From the NCBI RefSeq assembly GCF_009914755.1, contig NC_060933.1: 64,000 nucleotides of DNA; one strand, 5' to 3'. The position numbers were made by a program, and so were the translations under genes. This DNA comes from the human T2T-CHM13v2.0 reference genome, Homo sapiens. Each line of letters begins with the position of its first letter. The stretch's first letter is position 1. Shown here in pieces: positions 31,997 to 45,821 of the stretch. The notes under the pieces were generated by a model. The model did not search any database and was not told where the DNA came from. It was given only the letters and a program-made list of their open reading frames with translations.

Positions 31997-32290
31997 TTCT
32001 TCTTCCTCTTCTCCTCCTCCTCCTCCTCCTCCTCCTCTTCCTCCTCCTTCCTCCTCCTCCTCCTTACTTCTTCATCTTCTCCTTCCTCCTTCTTTTCCTT
32101 CCTCCTTCTTCTTTCTTCTTCTTCTCCTTCCTTCTTCCTCTTTTCCTTCCTCCTCATTCCTCTTTCTCCTTCCTCCTCCTTCCTCTTTCTCCTTCCTTCT
32201 TTTTCCTTCTTCTTCCCCTTCCTCATCCTCCTTCTTCTCCTCCCCCTCCTCCTCCTTCTCCTCCTCCTCCTTCTTCTTTTTTTTCTTTTT
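31997..32290. repeat. (TCC/TTC)n polypyrimidine tract derived from an Alu tail
   Basis: ~290 bp almost purely C/T, abutting the Alu 3' end; TSD aattcttctt encloses tract plus Alu. Confidence 0.9.
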
Positions 32291-32588
32291 TGAGAGAGAG
32301 TTTCACTCTGTCACCCAGGCTGGAGTGCAATGGCATGATCTCAGCTCACCGCAACCTCCGCCTCCTGGGTTCAAGTGCCTTGAACCCAGGCACTCAAGTG
32401 CCTCAGCCTCCCAAGTAGCTGGGATTACAGGGGTGCACCACAGCACCTGGCTAATTTTTGTATTTTTAGTGGAGACAGGGCTTCACCCTGTTGGCCAGGC
32501 TGGTCTTGAACCCCTGACCTCAGGTGATCCATCTACCTCGGCCTCCCAAAATGCTGGGATTACAGGCATGAGCCACCATACCCAGCCC
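32291..32588 (-). mobile_element. AluS with internal micro-inversion
   Basis: Alu body; non-consensus segment ~32376-32399. Confidence 0.93.
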
Positions 32589-34970
32589 GAATTCTTCTTT
32601 GAATGTCTGCTTGAATTTGGCTGTGAATCCATCTGGCCCTGGAGTTTTTGTTGTTGTTGGCATTTTTTTTCTATTGCTGATTCAATCTTACTGCTTGTTA
32701 TTGCTCTGTTAGGGATTTTTATTTCTTCCTAATTCAAGATAGAAGAGTTGTATGATTCCAGGAATTTAACCATTTCCTCTAGATTTTCTGCTTTGTGTGC
32801 ATAGAGGTGTGCATGGTCTTCTTGAATGATCATTTGGATTTCTGTGGTGTCAGTTGTAATGTCTCCATTTTCATTTCTAGTTGACCTTATTTGAGTTTTC
32901 TCTCTTCTTGGTTAACTAGTGATCTATCAATTTTGTTTATCTTTTCAAATAATAACTTTTTGTTTCATTGATCTTTCGTATTTTTTGTTTCCACTTCATT
33001 TAGTTCTGCTTTGATCTTTATTTTTTTTATTTTCTTCTGCTAGCTTTGGGTTTGTTTTTTTCTTGTTGCTCTAGCTCCTTGAGGTGTGATGTGAGGTTGT
33101 CAATTTGTGATCTTTCGGGCTTTTTGATGTAGGCATTTGGCACCATAAACTTTCCTCTCAGCACTGCTTCTGCTCTATCCCAGAGGTTTTGATAACTCAT
33201 GTCACTACTGTCATTCATTTGAAGAATTTTAAAATTCCCATCTTGATTTAATTGTTCACCCAGAAATCATTCAGGAGAAGGTTGTTTAATTTCCATGTAT
33301 TTGTATAGTTTTGAGGGTTCCTTTTGGAGTTGATCTCTAGTTTTATTCCACTGTGGTCTGAGAAGATACCTGATATAATTTCAATTTTTAAAAGTTTATT
33401 GTTTTGTGGCCTATCATATGACCTATCTTGGAGAATGTTCCATGTGCTGATGAAAAGAATGTATATTCTGCAGTTCCTGTGTAGAATGTTCCATAAATAT
33501 CTGTTAGGCCCATTTGTTTTAGACTGAACTTTAATTCCAGTGTTTATTTTTGATTTTCTGCCTCAATGATCTATCCAGTGCTGTCAGTGGAGTGTTGAAG
33601 TCCCCTGCTATTATTGTATTGCTGTTGCACTCTTTTCTTAGGTCTAATAGTAATTGTTTTATGAATCTGGGAGCTCAAGAGTTAGGTGCATATATATTTA
33701 GGACTGTAACACATTTTTGTTGGATTGATTATATTATTATTGTATAATAACCTTCTGCAGTCATTATACACTAATAGCTACTCCTGCTTGCTTTTGGTTT
33801 CCATTTGCAAGGAATATCTTTTTTCACCCCTTTACCTCGAATCTGTATGAATCCTATGCATTAGGTGAGTCTCTTGAAGACAGCAGATATTTGGTTTGTG
33901 ATTTTTTAAAATCCATTCTGCCAATCTGTATCTTTTAAGTGGAGCATTTAGAACATTTGAATTCAATGTTAATAATGACATGTGAGGTACTGTTCCAGTC
34001 ATCATGTTGATTGTTACCTAGATACTTTGGTTTCTAGTATTTCTGGTATAGTTCATTGTGTTATTATTTTATAGGCCCTGTGACTTTTATGCTTTGAAAA
34101 GGTTCTATTCTGGTGCACATCAACTTTTTGTTTCAAGATTTAGAACTCATCTTAGCATTTCTTGTAGGGCTAGTCTGGTAGTGACAAACTCCCTCAGCAT
34201 TTGCTTGTCTGAAAAAGACAACTTCTTTTTCTTTTATGACACTTAGTTTTGCTGGATTGAAAATTCTTGACTAACAGCTATTCTGTTTAAAAAGGCTAAA
34301 GATAGGACCCCAATCCCTTCTGGCCAGTAAGGTTTCTGCTGAGAAGTCTGCTGTTAGTCTGAAAGGTTATCTTTTGTAGGTTACCTGATGCTTTTGTATC
34401 ACTGCTCTTAGAATTTTTCATTCATGTTGACTTTAGACAGCCTGATGACTGTATGCATTGGTGATGTCCTTTTTGCAATGAATCTCCAAGGAATTCTTTG
34501 AGCTTCTTGTATTTGGAGGTCTAAATCTTTAGCAAGGCCAGGGAAGTTTTCCTCAACTATTCCCTCAGATAAGTTTTCCAAACTTTTGGCTTTTTCTTTT
34601 CCCTCAGGAATACCAAGGAGTCTTAGGTTTGGCCATTGTACATATTCCCGTATTTCTTGGAGACTTTGTTCATTTCTTTTAATTCTTTTTTTCTTTATTT
34701 TTGTCTGTTGGGTTAATTCAAAAGTCTTGTCTTTGACCTCTGAAATTCTTTCTTCTACTTGGTCTAGCCTATTGTTAAAACTTTCCTCTGCATTTTGTAA
34801 TCCCCTAAATGTGTCTTTCATTTCCAGAAGTTCTGGTTGGTTTTTCTTTAAAATATATATCTGTTCAGAAAATTTTTCATTCATATCCTGAATTGTTTAA
34901 AAAATTTCTTTAAGTTGGTTTTCACTTTTCTCTTGTATCTTCTTGAGTAACTTAATAATCAAGCTTTTGA

Positions 34971-35333
<363 letters not shown>

Positions 35334-38300
35334 TAGGGTGATCTTCTGGGGATATTACAGAACCCTGTTTTGTCATATTGCCAGATTTATTTTTCTAGTT
35401 CCTTCTCATTTGAGTATACTATTTCTTCTAATTATTTTTTATTTCTTATTCAACTGTGTTTATTTTTTAATTTCTTTTTTTCTCCCTTGAGGATGTGACT
35501 TTAATGATTACAGTTTTTTTGCTTTTGTTTTTTTTTAAATAACCGAATTCAGCTCTGAATGCTTTCAGGGTTAAACATTCTTTATGAGTTTCTTAGTTAT
35601 AGAGAGTCTTTTTATGATGGCTTTCTCAGATGCTGGGTGTAGTAGCAATATGCATGGTGTGTGAGCAGATTCACTGTCTCCTGTGGGAATGGCAGAGGCC
35701 TCTTGAAGCTTATCTCACTCCCCAGTGGTGTGCACTTTTTATTTATTTATTTTTCCCCCAGTATTTCATTTACTGGGTTGAACAGTTCAGGCTTCAGGCC
35801 AGTAGAGCAGGTGTCCATGGTTAAACATTGGCTGTGGCTAAAGCAGTTGGGTAAACGCAATACCCAATGGTGGGCAGAGGTCCCAGCCTTGACAGAAATG
35901 GCTGGGGGAGTTCTCAGTGAAACACACTGAGGTCTTATCAGGAGGAAAAGTGGGAGCCACCTCAGCTTCCCTGCCAGTCCAGCAGGAAAGCTATCCACTT
36001 TCCAGTCAAACTCCTGACCCAGTGTTCTGGCTATTCAGATCAGACAGGCACCTCTTTTCATTTGCAGGAATGTCGATATTCCATGTAGAGAGGGATGGTG
36101 ATCTCTATTCCTCATGCAAGTCTGAACCTGGAGGGTACTCCTTCTGTGGGGATGCAGTCACCCTAAAGTGTTCCCAAAAGGCTGTCTACTGTTTGCACCC
36201 ATGCTGAGCTCCTATGGGAGAAGCCCCAGCTGTGTCTGCAGTGGTGGGTGAGGGGAAGAAGAAATCCCCTTCTCCAAGACCCTTCATGAGCACCAGGGCT
36301 GCCTGTTGGGTAGAGTCATAGACTTTCCCCCACTGGGCTCAGCACTGCATCTGTACCTCTGCTGAAATAAACTTCCCACAAGAAGAAAGTCCTGGGACTC
36401 AAGGTTTGCCACCTGGATTCTTTTGTCCCATGGGGGTACTCCCTTGATAAGGTATACCCCCCTTTCCCCAGGAGTAGGAGTCCCTGAAGGCCAGACTACT
36501 GTGAATGCTGCTGCTCCTCTGTGTCTAGCTGTCCAGTTGGGCTGCCATCCTCCAGGCCGGTGCTAAGGAATGTCTGCAAGGGATCCAATGATGTGACCTG
36601 TCCTCAAGTCTCCCAGCAGTGGGTACCAGCACCAGATCAGATAGAGGTGGCTGGGGAGTGATGTAGACTCTGTGAGATTCTTTGGTTATAAATAGCCTTG
36701 GTGTGTTGGCTTTCTCAAATGCCAGCTGTAGTAGTAATGAACTGGTCACACGGACAGACTTAGGACCTCCTGGTTAGTAGGGTAATGAAAGCAATTGTGA
36801 TAGCTGAGGTCATGCACAAGTTTTCGCCTTCCTGAGCACTGTGTTCTTCTGCCTGAAGATGCTGTAGTGGCTGTATCAGCTGGCCTCCATCTTTGATCGT
36901 TTCATCACATCACTTCCTAAAAAATGTGCTCATGTGCCAAGCTACCTCTCTTCCTTCATTCACGTATTTCCTGAAATGTGACCTTCGTTTGTGCTTGCCT
37001 TCTGTTACCCAGGGGAAGTACTCTGGTATCTCAGGCAATGAGCAGGGCCATAGGGCTCCCCAAAGTTTCTGTCCTTTGTGTTAGGTGATTAGCTCTGGTG
37101 GAGGGGCAAAGCCAGGTAGAGGCTGGTTCTTGGTGTGCAGACGCAAGCAGTGGCCCCAGTGGGGATCAGAGCAGTTCTCTGGCTGCTGGAGCACTGTTCC
37201 ATGAGGGAGTACAGCTGCTTCTGCTGAATAGAAGAGTCTACAAGGGGAGTGGGGAGCAGCAGGTGGCAGTAAGCCGCACCTAGTTTCCATGCACTTGGCA
37301 AGGCAGGTCTCGCACCTGGAATGTTCCACTAGCAGCAGCTCACTGGGTTTAAGGCCTATGATCAGAACTCAAAACTGCCGCAGACCATAAGCCTTCTCCA
37401 TGGAGGCAGATATTGAGGCTTTCAGGCCACACTCCTCCTGGTCTGCCCAAGAAGCAGGGGCACGCAGCTCCTGCTTAATCTCCATTGGGAGCTTCTCTCG
37501 TCCTGTGACTGCTGCCTGAATTAGCTGGCTGACTTCTAAAGTGAAGTACCCTGTGAGGCAGGATCAAGAATGGCTTCCCTCTGTCCCCACTGGAGACTGG
37601 GAGTGCACACACAGCATGTCCCAATGCTACTCCTTCTCATATGCTCCCCACCGTTCACTGCATTAGCTCTAGCACTGGGTAGGGTTAAAACCTTCCCTTG
37701 TGGCCTGGATTGCCAGGTTCTCCGGTGGAAATGTATATCCCAGAGGCAGCTTCTCCCTGCTCACACTCTGGGGATTTTCAGGTTTACGCCTGGCTCATGG
37801 TGTAGGCTGCAGCCTGCCGCTTCTTTCAAAGGGTCTGGTTTCCATCAGTTTTCCTGTTAAGTTCCTGTGTTGCTTCTTGAAATAAAGTTCACAGTGTGAA
37901 TCTCTACACACAATTTTGTCTTTCCAACTGGGAGAGGCATGCTAATGATGCCTCCAATCCGCCATCTTGGAAAAAACACCCACGATACTTTAAGACATGT
38001 TGAAATGTTTATATGGAAAAAAGAGGATACACAATATGTACACACTATATATACTTTGTATAAAAATATGGCTTTATGTTCATTGGTTTTTTTTTTGTTT
38101 TCATATAAAGTTTCTTAAGAGCTCTGATTTGTTTTAAAGATGTTGCTTTGATTTACATAACAATTCAGTGCAATATTCTAAGCTTGTGGCATTTACTCGA
38201 TCTTTACCCCTGTTTTTTTTTAATGGAGAAAATGATGTATCATTAAAAATAAAGAAAATGTGATAGAGATGTCATAATGGCTGGACCAATGAATATGCTC

Positions 38301-38708
38301 CTACTCATATACTCCCCACCACTCATTAAATTAGTTCTAGCACTGGATAGGGTTAACACCTACTTAACTCTTTGAGAATAATAAAAGACCTTTTCGATTA
38401 GCATCATCACAAGTGATTCATTGACTGTGGGTCAGAACATTTCCTACTCTCAAAGAAGTTAACTTGTCTGAAGTCATACAATTAGAAAGCAGCAGAAGAA
38501 GACCGGAACTTAGCCTTTCTGGCTCTCAAGCTGTCCCTGGTGTGGGAACGGGATGCAAAGTACAAATGGAAAGGATAGATCATGAAGGAAAAAATGGACA
38601 CGCTTTTACTGAGAAGGAAGAGATCCTGGATGAGATGCACGTGAGGTAAGTTTGCAGTTGAAGTGGTAGGTAGGCAGTAATTGAAGGAATTTTTTAAAAC
38701 TAATGATC

Positions 38709-38967
<259 letters not shown>

Positions 38968-38983
38968 GAATGATCTCTATGTC

Positions 38984-39295
38984 TTTATTATTTATTTATT
39001 TAGAGATAGGGTCTCACTCTGTCACCCAGGCTGGAGTGCAGTGGTGTGATCTCAGCTCACTTGCAGCCTCGACTTCCTGGGCTCAAGTGATTCTCCTGCC
39101 TCAGTGTCCTGAGGAGCTGTCACCACAGGTGTGCACCACCATGTCTGGCTAATTTATTTATTTATTTTTATTTTTTGTAGAATCGGGTCTTGCCATGTTG
39201 CCTAGGCTGCTCTTAAACTCCTGTGTTCAAGCAACCCTCCTGCCTTGGCCTCCCAAAGTGCTGAGATTTATAGTCAGGAGCCACTACACCTGGCC
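38984..39295 (-). mobile_element. AluJ
   Basis: AluJ-type body with (TTTA)n tail. Confidence 0.9.
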
Positions 39296-39781
39296 ATGGT
39301 TGCTATTTCTTAGGGAGGCTATTGTCTATAAGTGAAAGGGTAAGAGTTTGAGGAAAGAGTCAAAGGTTTAGAAGAAGCCATGGGAGTGGTGGGGTGAGAG
39401 GTGAGGGAAATGAACAAAGATAAATATAAGAACAGAAAAGAAAAGAATTGTCAACCTTTGTCCAGTTGAGATTAGAAACCAGGTAATTACAGTGGTGACA
39501 ATCCACCAATTCATACTCTAAAGTGAAAAAGCCATACCATTGGTTTGATTCCATTTTATAAAAAAACAAAGCCTGTAGTGTGTGTAACACATGTGTAGGA
39601 AAATGTGTCCCTCCTAGGGAAGAGAGCGCTTTGTTTCTAGAAGGAGAGTGTTTTTGAGATTAGGAGAAAGGACTGTCACTTTTACTCTCTATTCTTCTGT
39701 ATGGTTTGAATTTTTTATGACAGAAATGTATTTTTTCCAGTACTTGTGTAAAACATGCAGACTGTGAAATGATGGTCTAGT

Positions 39782-40328
39782 AAGGGTTCCTGAGCTGGGG
39801 CATGTCTCTGTCTCCACAGAGATCATTTAGGACCTATTCTACAGTAATTTGAAGCTTCAGAGCGAGCAAAAGTCCCACCTGGCTCCTTCTAGCACAGCTT
39901 GCATCTCAGCCTCCCAAATAGCTGGGACTACAGGCCCCCACCATCACGCCTGGCTAATTTTGTTTTTGTATTTTTAGTAGAGACGGGGTTTCACCATGTT
40001 AGGATGGTCTATGATCTCCTGACCTCATGATCCACCAGCCTCAGCCTCCCAAAGTGCTGGGATTACAGGTGTGAGCCACCGTGCCCGGCCTGGAACAGCT
40101 TTTAATAAACAGATGCAAGCACTATGGCTAGCTGATACCTCCCACCCCAGCAGCAGTGGGATCAGGTATCACTAATCTTCCAGAGCGGGCTCTGTTTTAG
40201 GCCACAGGTGCAAGCTGTGCTAGGAGCCAGGTGGGACTTTTGCTGGCTCTGAAGCTTCAAGCTACTGTAGAATAGGTTCTAAATGATCTCTGTGGAGACA
40301 GAGACATGCACCCAGCTCAGGGACCCTT
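39782..40328. repeat. Inverted repeat, ~125-bp arms (39782-39906 and 40206-40328)
   Basis: Manual alignment: 6 substitutions and 2 small indels between the left arm and the reverse complement of the right arm. Confidence 0.95.
39905..40090 (-). mobile_element. 3'-truncated AluY-type fragment inside the inverted repeat
   Basis: Alu 5' ~185 bp only; no poly-T, no TSD seen. Confidence 0.9.
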
Positions 40329-40876
40329 TTTGTGGTATTAATTCGTATGGGTTTTTTTCTTTTTCTTTTTTTCTCTTTCCCATTTCCAAGAAGATCCATT
40401 ATGTACCTTTTCCTTGGGGATTACCTAGTAGGAGAAAAGCAGTTGTTCAAAGACAAACATTTCTCTTGTGTTTTGTGAAAGCTCCAATTCATCAAGGAGA
40501 TTGTATTAGGTAGGGAGAGTGGCAAGGAGGAGGAGAAGGTGGGAGTCCTTGCATGGAAAGATATAGAAACAGAAAGTGTATATTTCTGCCAACTTTATGG
40601 AAGAGATGAAAGATGTTCCATGAGAATTGGGAGCTACTGTTCTGGTGTCTAGATTTCCACAGGTGTGGGGTATATAGGTGAGAATGAATGGTAATACCAA
40701 GGCTCCCAGCCCTGGAAAATATTACTGTGCCCAAAAGGAAGTGATTTGTTAACTACATACTTCCAGGGGACTAGTGGGCTTGGGTAACGAACATCTCAGT
40801 GGTGGCTTACGTGGATCAAAGCCTGGAGAGGGTTTTCTATTTATTTTTGTCTTGCTAAGACCCATGGGAACTTTTG

Positions 40877-41360
40877 TATTACTCAGTTGGATATTCCCTT
40901 GAAGTCACAGTTTGAGGTAAAGCCTTGAATGCAGGTAATTTACTTAGGAATTAATCCAATGGAACAATAGTATGAGACAGAAAGTAAGGGAAAGTTAACA
41001 CGAGGTTGCATTATTTAGTTGGTTACTGCTATGGGCTCAAAAATTGTTCACTTGAAGGGCCAGGAACAAGCAAGAGAAGCATTCATTCATCTGCTCCTGC
41101 CCCCTACTGGTTGGGGCAACAACCTCTCTGGTTTGTGTGTATGGTAACTGCTGAGTAGGCACCTATGGGCACACATAACAAGGACTCAGAGAAGCCCTGA
41201 AGCAGGAAGTGAGAAAAACAAAGGTTAAGTCTGAGGTGAGATACTGTCAGTGCAAAGAGGTGGAAGCCTTCAGAGACCTTTTTGTCACAGCTGGAATCTG
41301 AGCTGAGGCTTAGAGGATGTGAAGTGGGGCTGATACATGTTCCCTGTGGAGTCTGATACA
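40877..41360 (-). mobile_element. LTR16-like ERVL LTR
   Basis: Degenerate 'ttgaatgcaggtaatttacttagga...ttggttactgctatggg'. Confidence 0.5.
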
Positions 41361-41431
41361 GGGAAAGGGGCTCAATAATGACTAAGCAATATGGGGCATA
41401 GAGACTTAAACATTTTTTTTTCTCCTGATTA

Positions 41432-41730
<299 letters not shown>

Positions 41731-41949
41731 CCCAATTCTAACAAATGTAATATATATATCTTTGGAGTCAAAATGAATTTAATTTGATTAAATGCAAATG
41801 TAATCCTTCTGATTTATCCTTGTTTTTGGTCTAAGGTTTATTCCTGTTATAGTAACACAATGCCTCATATAACAGGCATGTCTTAGTCTGTTTTTGGTTG
41901 CTGTAACAGAATACCTGAGACTGGATAATCTATAAAGAAAAGAGGTTTG

Positions 41950-42645
41950 CAGTCAGAATGGCTATAATTAAAAAGTCAAAAAATACCGGGTGCTGCAAAG
42001 GGGAAAAAGGAATGCTTATACACTGTTGGTGGGAGGGTAAATTAGTTCAACCATTGTGGAAAGCAGTGTGGTGATTCCTCAAATTGCTAAAAACAGAACT
42101 ACTGTTCAACCCAGCAATCCCATAACTGGGCATATACCCAAAGGAATATAAATCATTCTATCATAAAGGCACATGCACGTATATGTTCACTGCACCACTA
42201 TTCACAATAGTGAATACATGGAATCAACCTAAATGTCCATCAATAATAGACTGGATAAAGAAAATGTGATATATATATGTATATATATACCATGGAATAC
42301 TAGGCAGCCATAAAAAAGAATGAGATCATATCCTTTGCAGGATCATGGATGGAGCTGGAGGCCATTATCCTTAGCAAACTAATACAGGAACAGAAAACCA
42401 AATATCGCATATTCTCACTTATAAGTGGGAGCTAAATATTGAGAACACATGCACACATAGAGGGAAACAACATATGCTGGGGCCTACTGGAGGGTGGAGT
42501 GTGGGAGAAGGGAGAGGATCAGAAAAAATAACTAGTGGGTACTAGGCTTAATACCTGGGTGACAAAATAATCTGTACAACAAACCCCCATGACATGAGGT
42601 TACCTATATGACAAACCTGCACCTGTACCCCTTAACTTAATAAAA
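41950..42645 (+). mobile_element. 5'-truncated old L1PA 3' end
   Basis: L1 ORF2 end and 3'UTR; tail expanded into the adjacent GAG/GAA tract. Confidence 0.9.
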
Positions 42646-42768
42646 AGGAAGAATAATAAGAAGAAAGAGGAAGAAAGAGGAGGAAGAAGAAGAGGAGGAG
42701 GAGAGGAAGAAGAAGAGGAGGAGGAAGAGGAAAAGGAGGAGGAGGAAGAGGAGGAGGAGGAGAAAAGA
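42646..42768. repeat. (GAG/GAA)n polypurine tract
   Basis: Directly visible, at the L1 tail. Confidence 0.9.
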
Positions 42769-43479
42769 GATGTGTTTTGGCTCATGTTTCTGGAAGCTGG
42801 GAAGTCTGAGATTGAAGAGCTGTGTCTGTTGAGGGCCTCATGGTGCTTCTTAACATGGTGGAAAAACAAGAGACCACATGACAAGAAAAGAAGCAAGAGT
42901 GAAACAAGAAAGCGGAACTCACCTTTATAATAACCCACTCTTGTGATAATAACGCTCCCTCCCATGAGAACTAACTCACTCTTGTGAGAATGGCATTAAT
43001 CCCTTCATGAGAGTGGAACCCCTATGACTTAAACACCTCTTATGGACCCTACCACCTTTTAACACCATTACTTTAGGAATCAAATTTCAACATGTGCTTT
43101 GGAGGGAACAAACCACATCTAAACCATAGCAAAGCACTAAACAACAACAACAACAACAATGTTAGTTCCTTTTTTTCTAATCATACATCAGTTAAGCACA
43201 CACATGTATATACATACTTGTCTAAAAAATATGAGGAAAAATTCTTAGGAAGTTCTGTGATTCCATTGTGAGTTTATACTGGTGTCATGTCAGCATTTGG
43301 CTCTGAATTTTCAAGAAACTGACCCGGGATCTCTTTGCTTCCTAAAATAGTTGTTTTGGGATCTGGCATGTATCTCCATTCATTATTCTGCAAAGAATCC
43401 CTGTAAAGATGGCTCCATTTAGAGCACAGCTCCTCAAACTTTAATGTGCACACAAACCACTCAAACTGATGCTCATCTA

Positions 43480-43690
43480 CCATCTCTGCTTTGTGTTTCC
43501 CCTTGGCACTTATCTTCTAACATACTACGTATATAACCTACTCATCCTGTTTATTGTTTGCCTCCTCCACTAGAATGTAGACTTAATGAAGGCTGACATT
43601 TTGTCTGTGTCTCTGGTGACTCGCTCAAAGTAAGCACTCAGTGTCAGCACTCCAATACATATTTGTGGAATAAATGAATAAATACATAAA
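43480..43690 (+). mobile_element. L2 3' end fragment
   Basis: 'ccactagaatgtagactt...caatacatatttgtggaataaatgaataaat'. Confidence 0.7.
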
Positions 43691-44934
43691 TTCATCAAAG
43701 TAAGTTGCATTTGAAAGTATAATGAGTATTTGCTAGATATTAAGCATTGTGGGAGGTAGTTTGTGGAATCCCAAGACAAAATAACACTGGAAATACTTGG
43801 AGTCTGAAAACATGCTCAGACTAGATGCCTCTGCTATGTGACCTCTCCTGGCTCTCAGTGAATTTAAACAGGCTTGGTGCTATCAGTCATGCTCTTACAT
43901 CATGAGAGCAGCTTACCTAGAAGCTTTGTACTCTTATACCTGAAATAAGGTCAGCTGAGGAGGGTAAGGTTTTACTAGTACTGTTTTAAATTTTAGGAAA
44001 AAAAAGTAAGCTCTCAATTCAGCCTTTCTTATTATAAATAAATCCAATCCCTGCCCCCCGCCCCCCCCCCCCCACAAAAAAAACACTGGGCAAAAACCAA
44101 AAACAAAACACTGGGCCCCTCCCTTCAGGAGTTGACAGGTTAGTGGGGAAGACAGACATGTATAAATAAATGTAATAAAGACAGAATTATCAAAACTCTG
44201 GTACAGATAGAAGCCGAATACTGTAAGAGCCCAAGGAATCAAGTCTGAATTGTGACTTGGGACAGCAAGGGGGTACTACATGAAGGTGGAAACATTTGAG
44301 CGATGGTAGAATTTTTACCGATGGGGATGAGGAAGAAATTTCACGGAAAGGGAACAACTGGAGCAGAGGCCTGGGGACATAAATATATTCTTAATGTTTT
44401 ATTCAAGGGATAATAATCTCTATTGTAAATGACCTGTGGAGCACTGTGTGGACAATAAGTGAGAAAAGGTTAACTGGGACCTGATAGTATAGAAACATGA
44501 AAATCAGTCTTTCATATTAGGGTCTTCTACTGTAGCCACATATGAAAAAAAATACTTGCTCAGGCCCTGCATGAATTATGCATGTGTATTTGAAAAGCTC
44601 CCTAGGTGGTCCTGGTGGGAGCTAAGATGATGACTTAAAAGATGATGTGGAAGGCAGTGTGAGAAGTGAGATGACTGGAGGAGGGAGGAACTGGAGGCAA
44701 GGGATCTGGGTGGAAGATTTGCAAAACCAGGGGAGAGTTTGTGGAGAAAGAAGACAAATCCAGTTCAAGTTATTGGAGAGATTGGCAGCACTCTTATCTG
44801 CTAAATATTGAGGGTAACTCAAGATCCATAGGCTAGAAGCTAGGTTCAGTGATCCTTCCTCTTGCATTTCTGGCTCCATGAATTTCTCCTTTCTTTATTG
44901 GGAACATGTAACACAGATTCTAACTGGTCTTGGT

Positions 44935-45110
44935 ATGTAGTATAACATAGTAATTAAGAAGCATGATATAAGGTCAAAGGACTTACCTTGCTCCATGACC
45001 TTGGGTAAGTCCTTACAGTTTCTAAGCCTCAATTTTCTCATCTGAAAAAAGGAAAAAATAAATATATTGAGAGGATTGAACATGCAAATACTTGGTTGAG
45101 TACCTAGCTG
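44935..45110 (+). mobile_element. MIR
   Basis: 'tgaccttgggtaagtccttacagtttctaagcctcaattttctcatctg'. Confidence 0.75.
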
Positions 45111-45369
45111 TGATAATCAAAGTTATGTATGCTCTGCTGCAGTAAGCATTAATCCCCAAATGCCTGTGGTTTTAGATGAGATTTATTTTTGAATCATGTT
45201 ACTTGTCCACTGTGGATCAGCAGGGGGACTCTGCCCATTGTAGTTACTCAGGGACCCAGGCTGACAGAGTAGCTACCATCTTGAATATTGTTAGTACTTA
45301 TGTCAAGGGGAAAGAGAACTCTGGAGGGTCTGGCACCAACAATTCAATGCTTGGTGCAGAACAGATACA

Positions 45370-45525
45370 TGTCTGTAATCCCAGTATTCCGGAAGGCCTA
45401 AGCGGGAGGATTGCTTGAGGCCAGGAGTTCAAGATTAGCCTTGGAAACATAGTGAGACCCTGTCTCTACAAAGTTTAAAAAAGAAGAAGGAGGAGAAGAA
45501 GAGGGAGGAGAAGGAGGAGAAAAGA
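45370..45525 (+). mobile_element. FLAM/Alu monomer with GA-rich tail inside an MLT1-like LTR
   Basis: Left monomer; TSD agatacat. Confidence 0.8.
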
Positions 45526-45821
45526 GATACATACCATCCCTGCTGACAACTTATTGGATATTGGCCAGGGCCAATCATATGGTCCTACCCACTACAGGAG
45601 GATTAAGAAGTGCAGTCCTACCATGTACTCAGTAGATGGGGGAGCCTGAAATATCTGGTAAGGCTTTATTACTACTATTTACTTATAAACTAAGATCTGC
45701 AATGTTAACTATCTTCCTTCCTGCACCTTGAGTCCTCTCCTTCCTGCCTCTTCCTTGAGTTCCCATTCCAGGGGGCCGCCGTCCAATAGCTCCTCTCACC
45801 TAACTGGCAACAGAGTCCTCA

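Larger units (their letters stand above)
41879..43131 (+). mobile_element. MST-type MaLR LTR split by an L1 insertion (LTR parts ~41879-41949 and ~42765-43131)
   Basis: Start 'tgtcttagtctgtt...gctgtaacagaatacctgagactgg'; end 'caaatttcaacatg...aaaccatagca'. Confidence 0.8.

Noticed and set aside
31978-32418. Glu/Lys/Arg-rich and Leu/Pro-rich ORFs
   Set aside because: Translations of the simple-repeat tract.
44054-44118. Poly-C run and duplicated aaaacactgggc
   Set aside because: Ordinary low-complexity slippage; nothing supports function.
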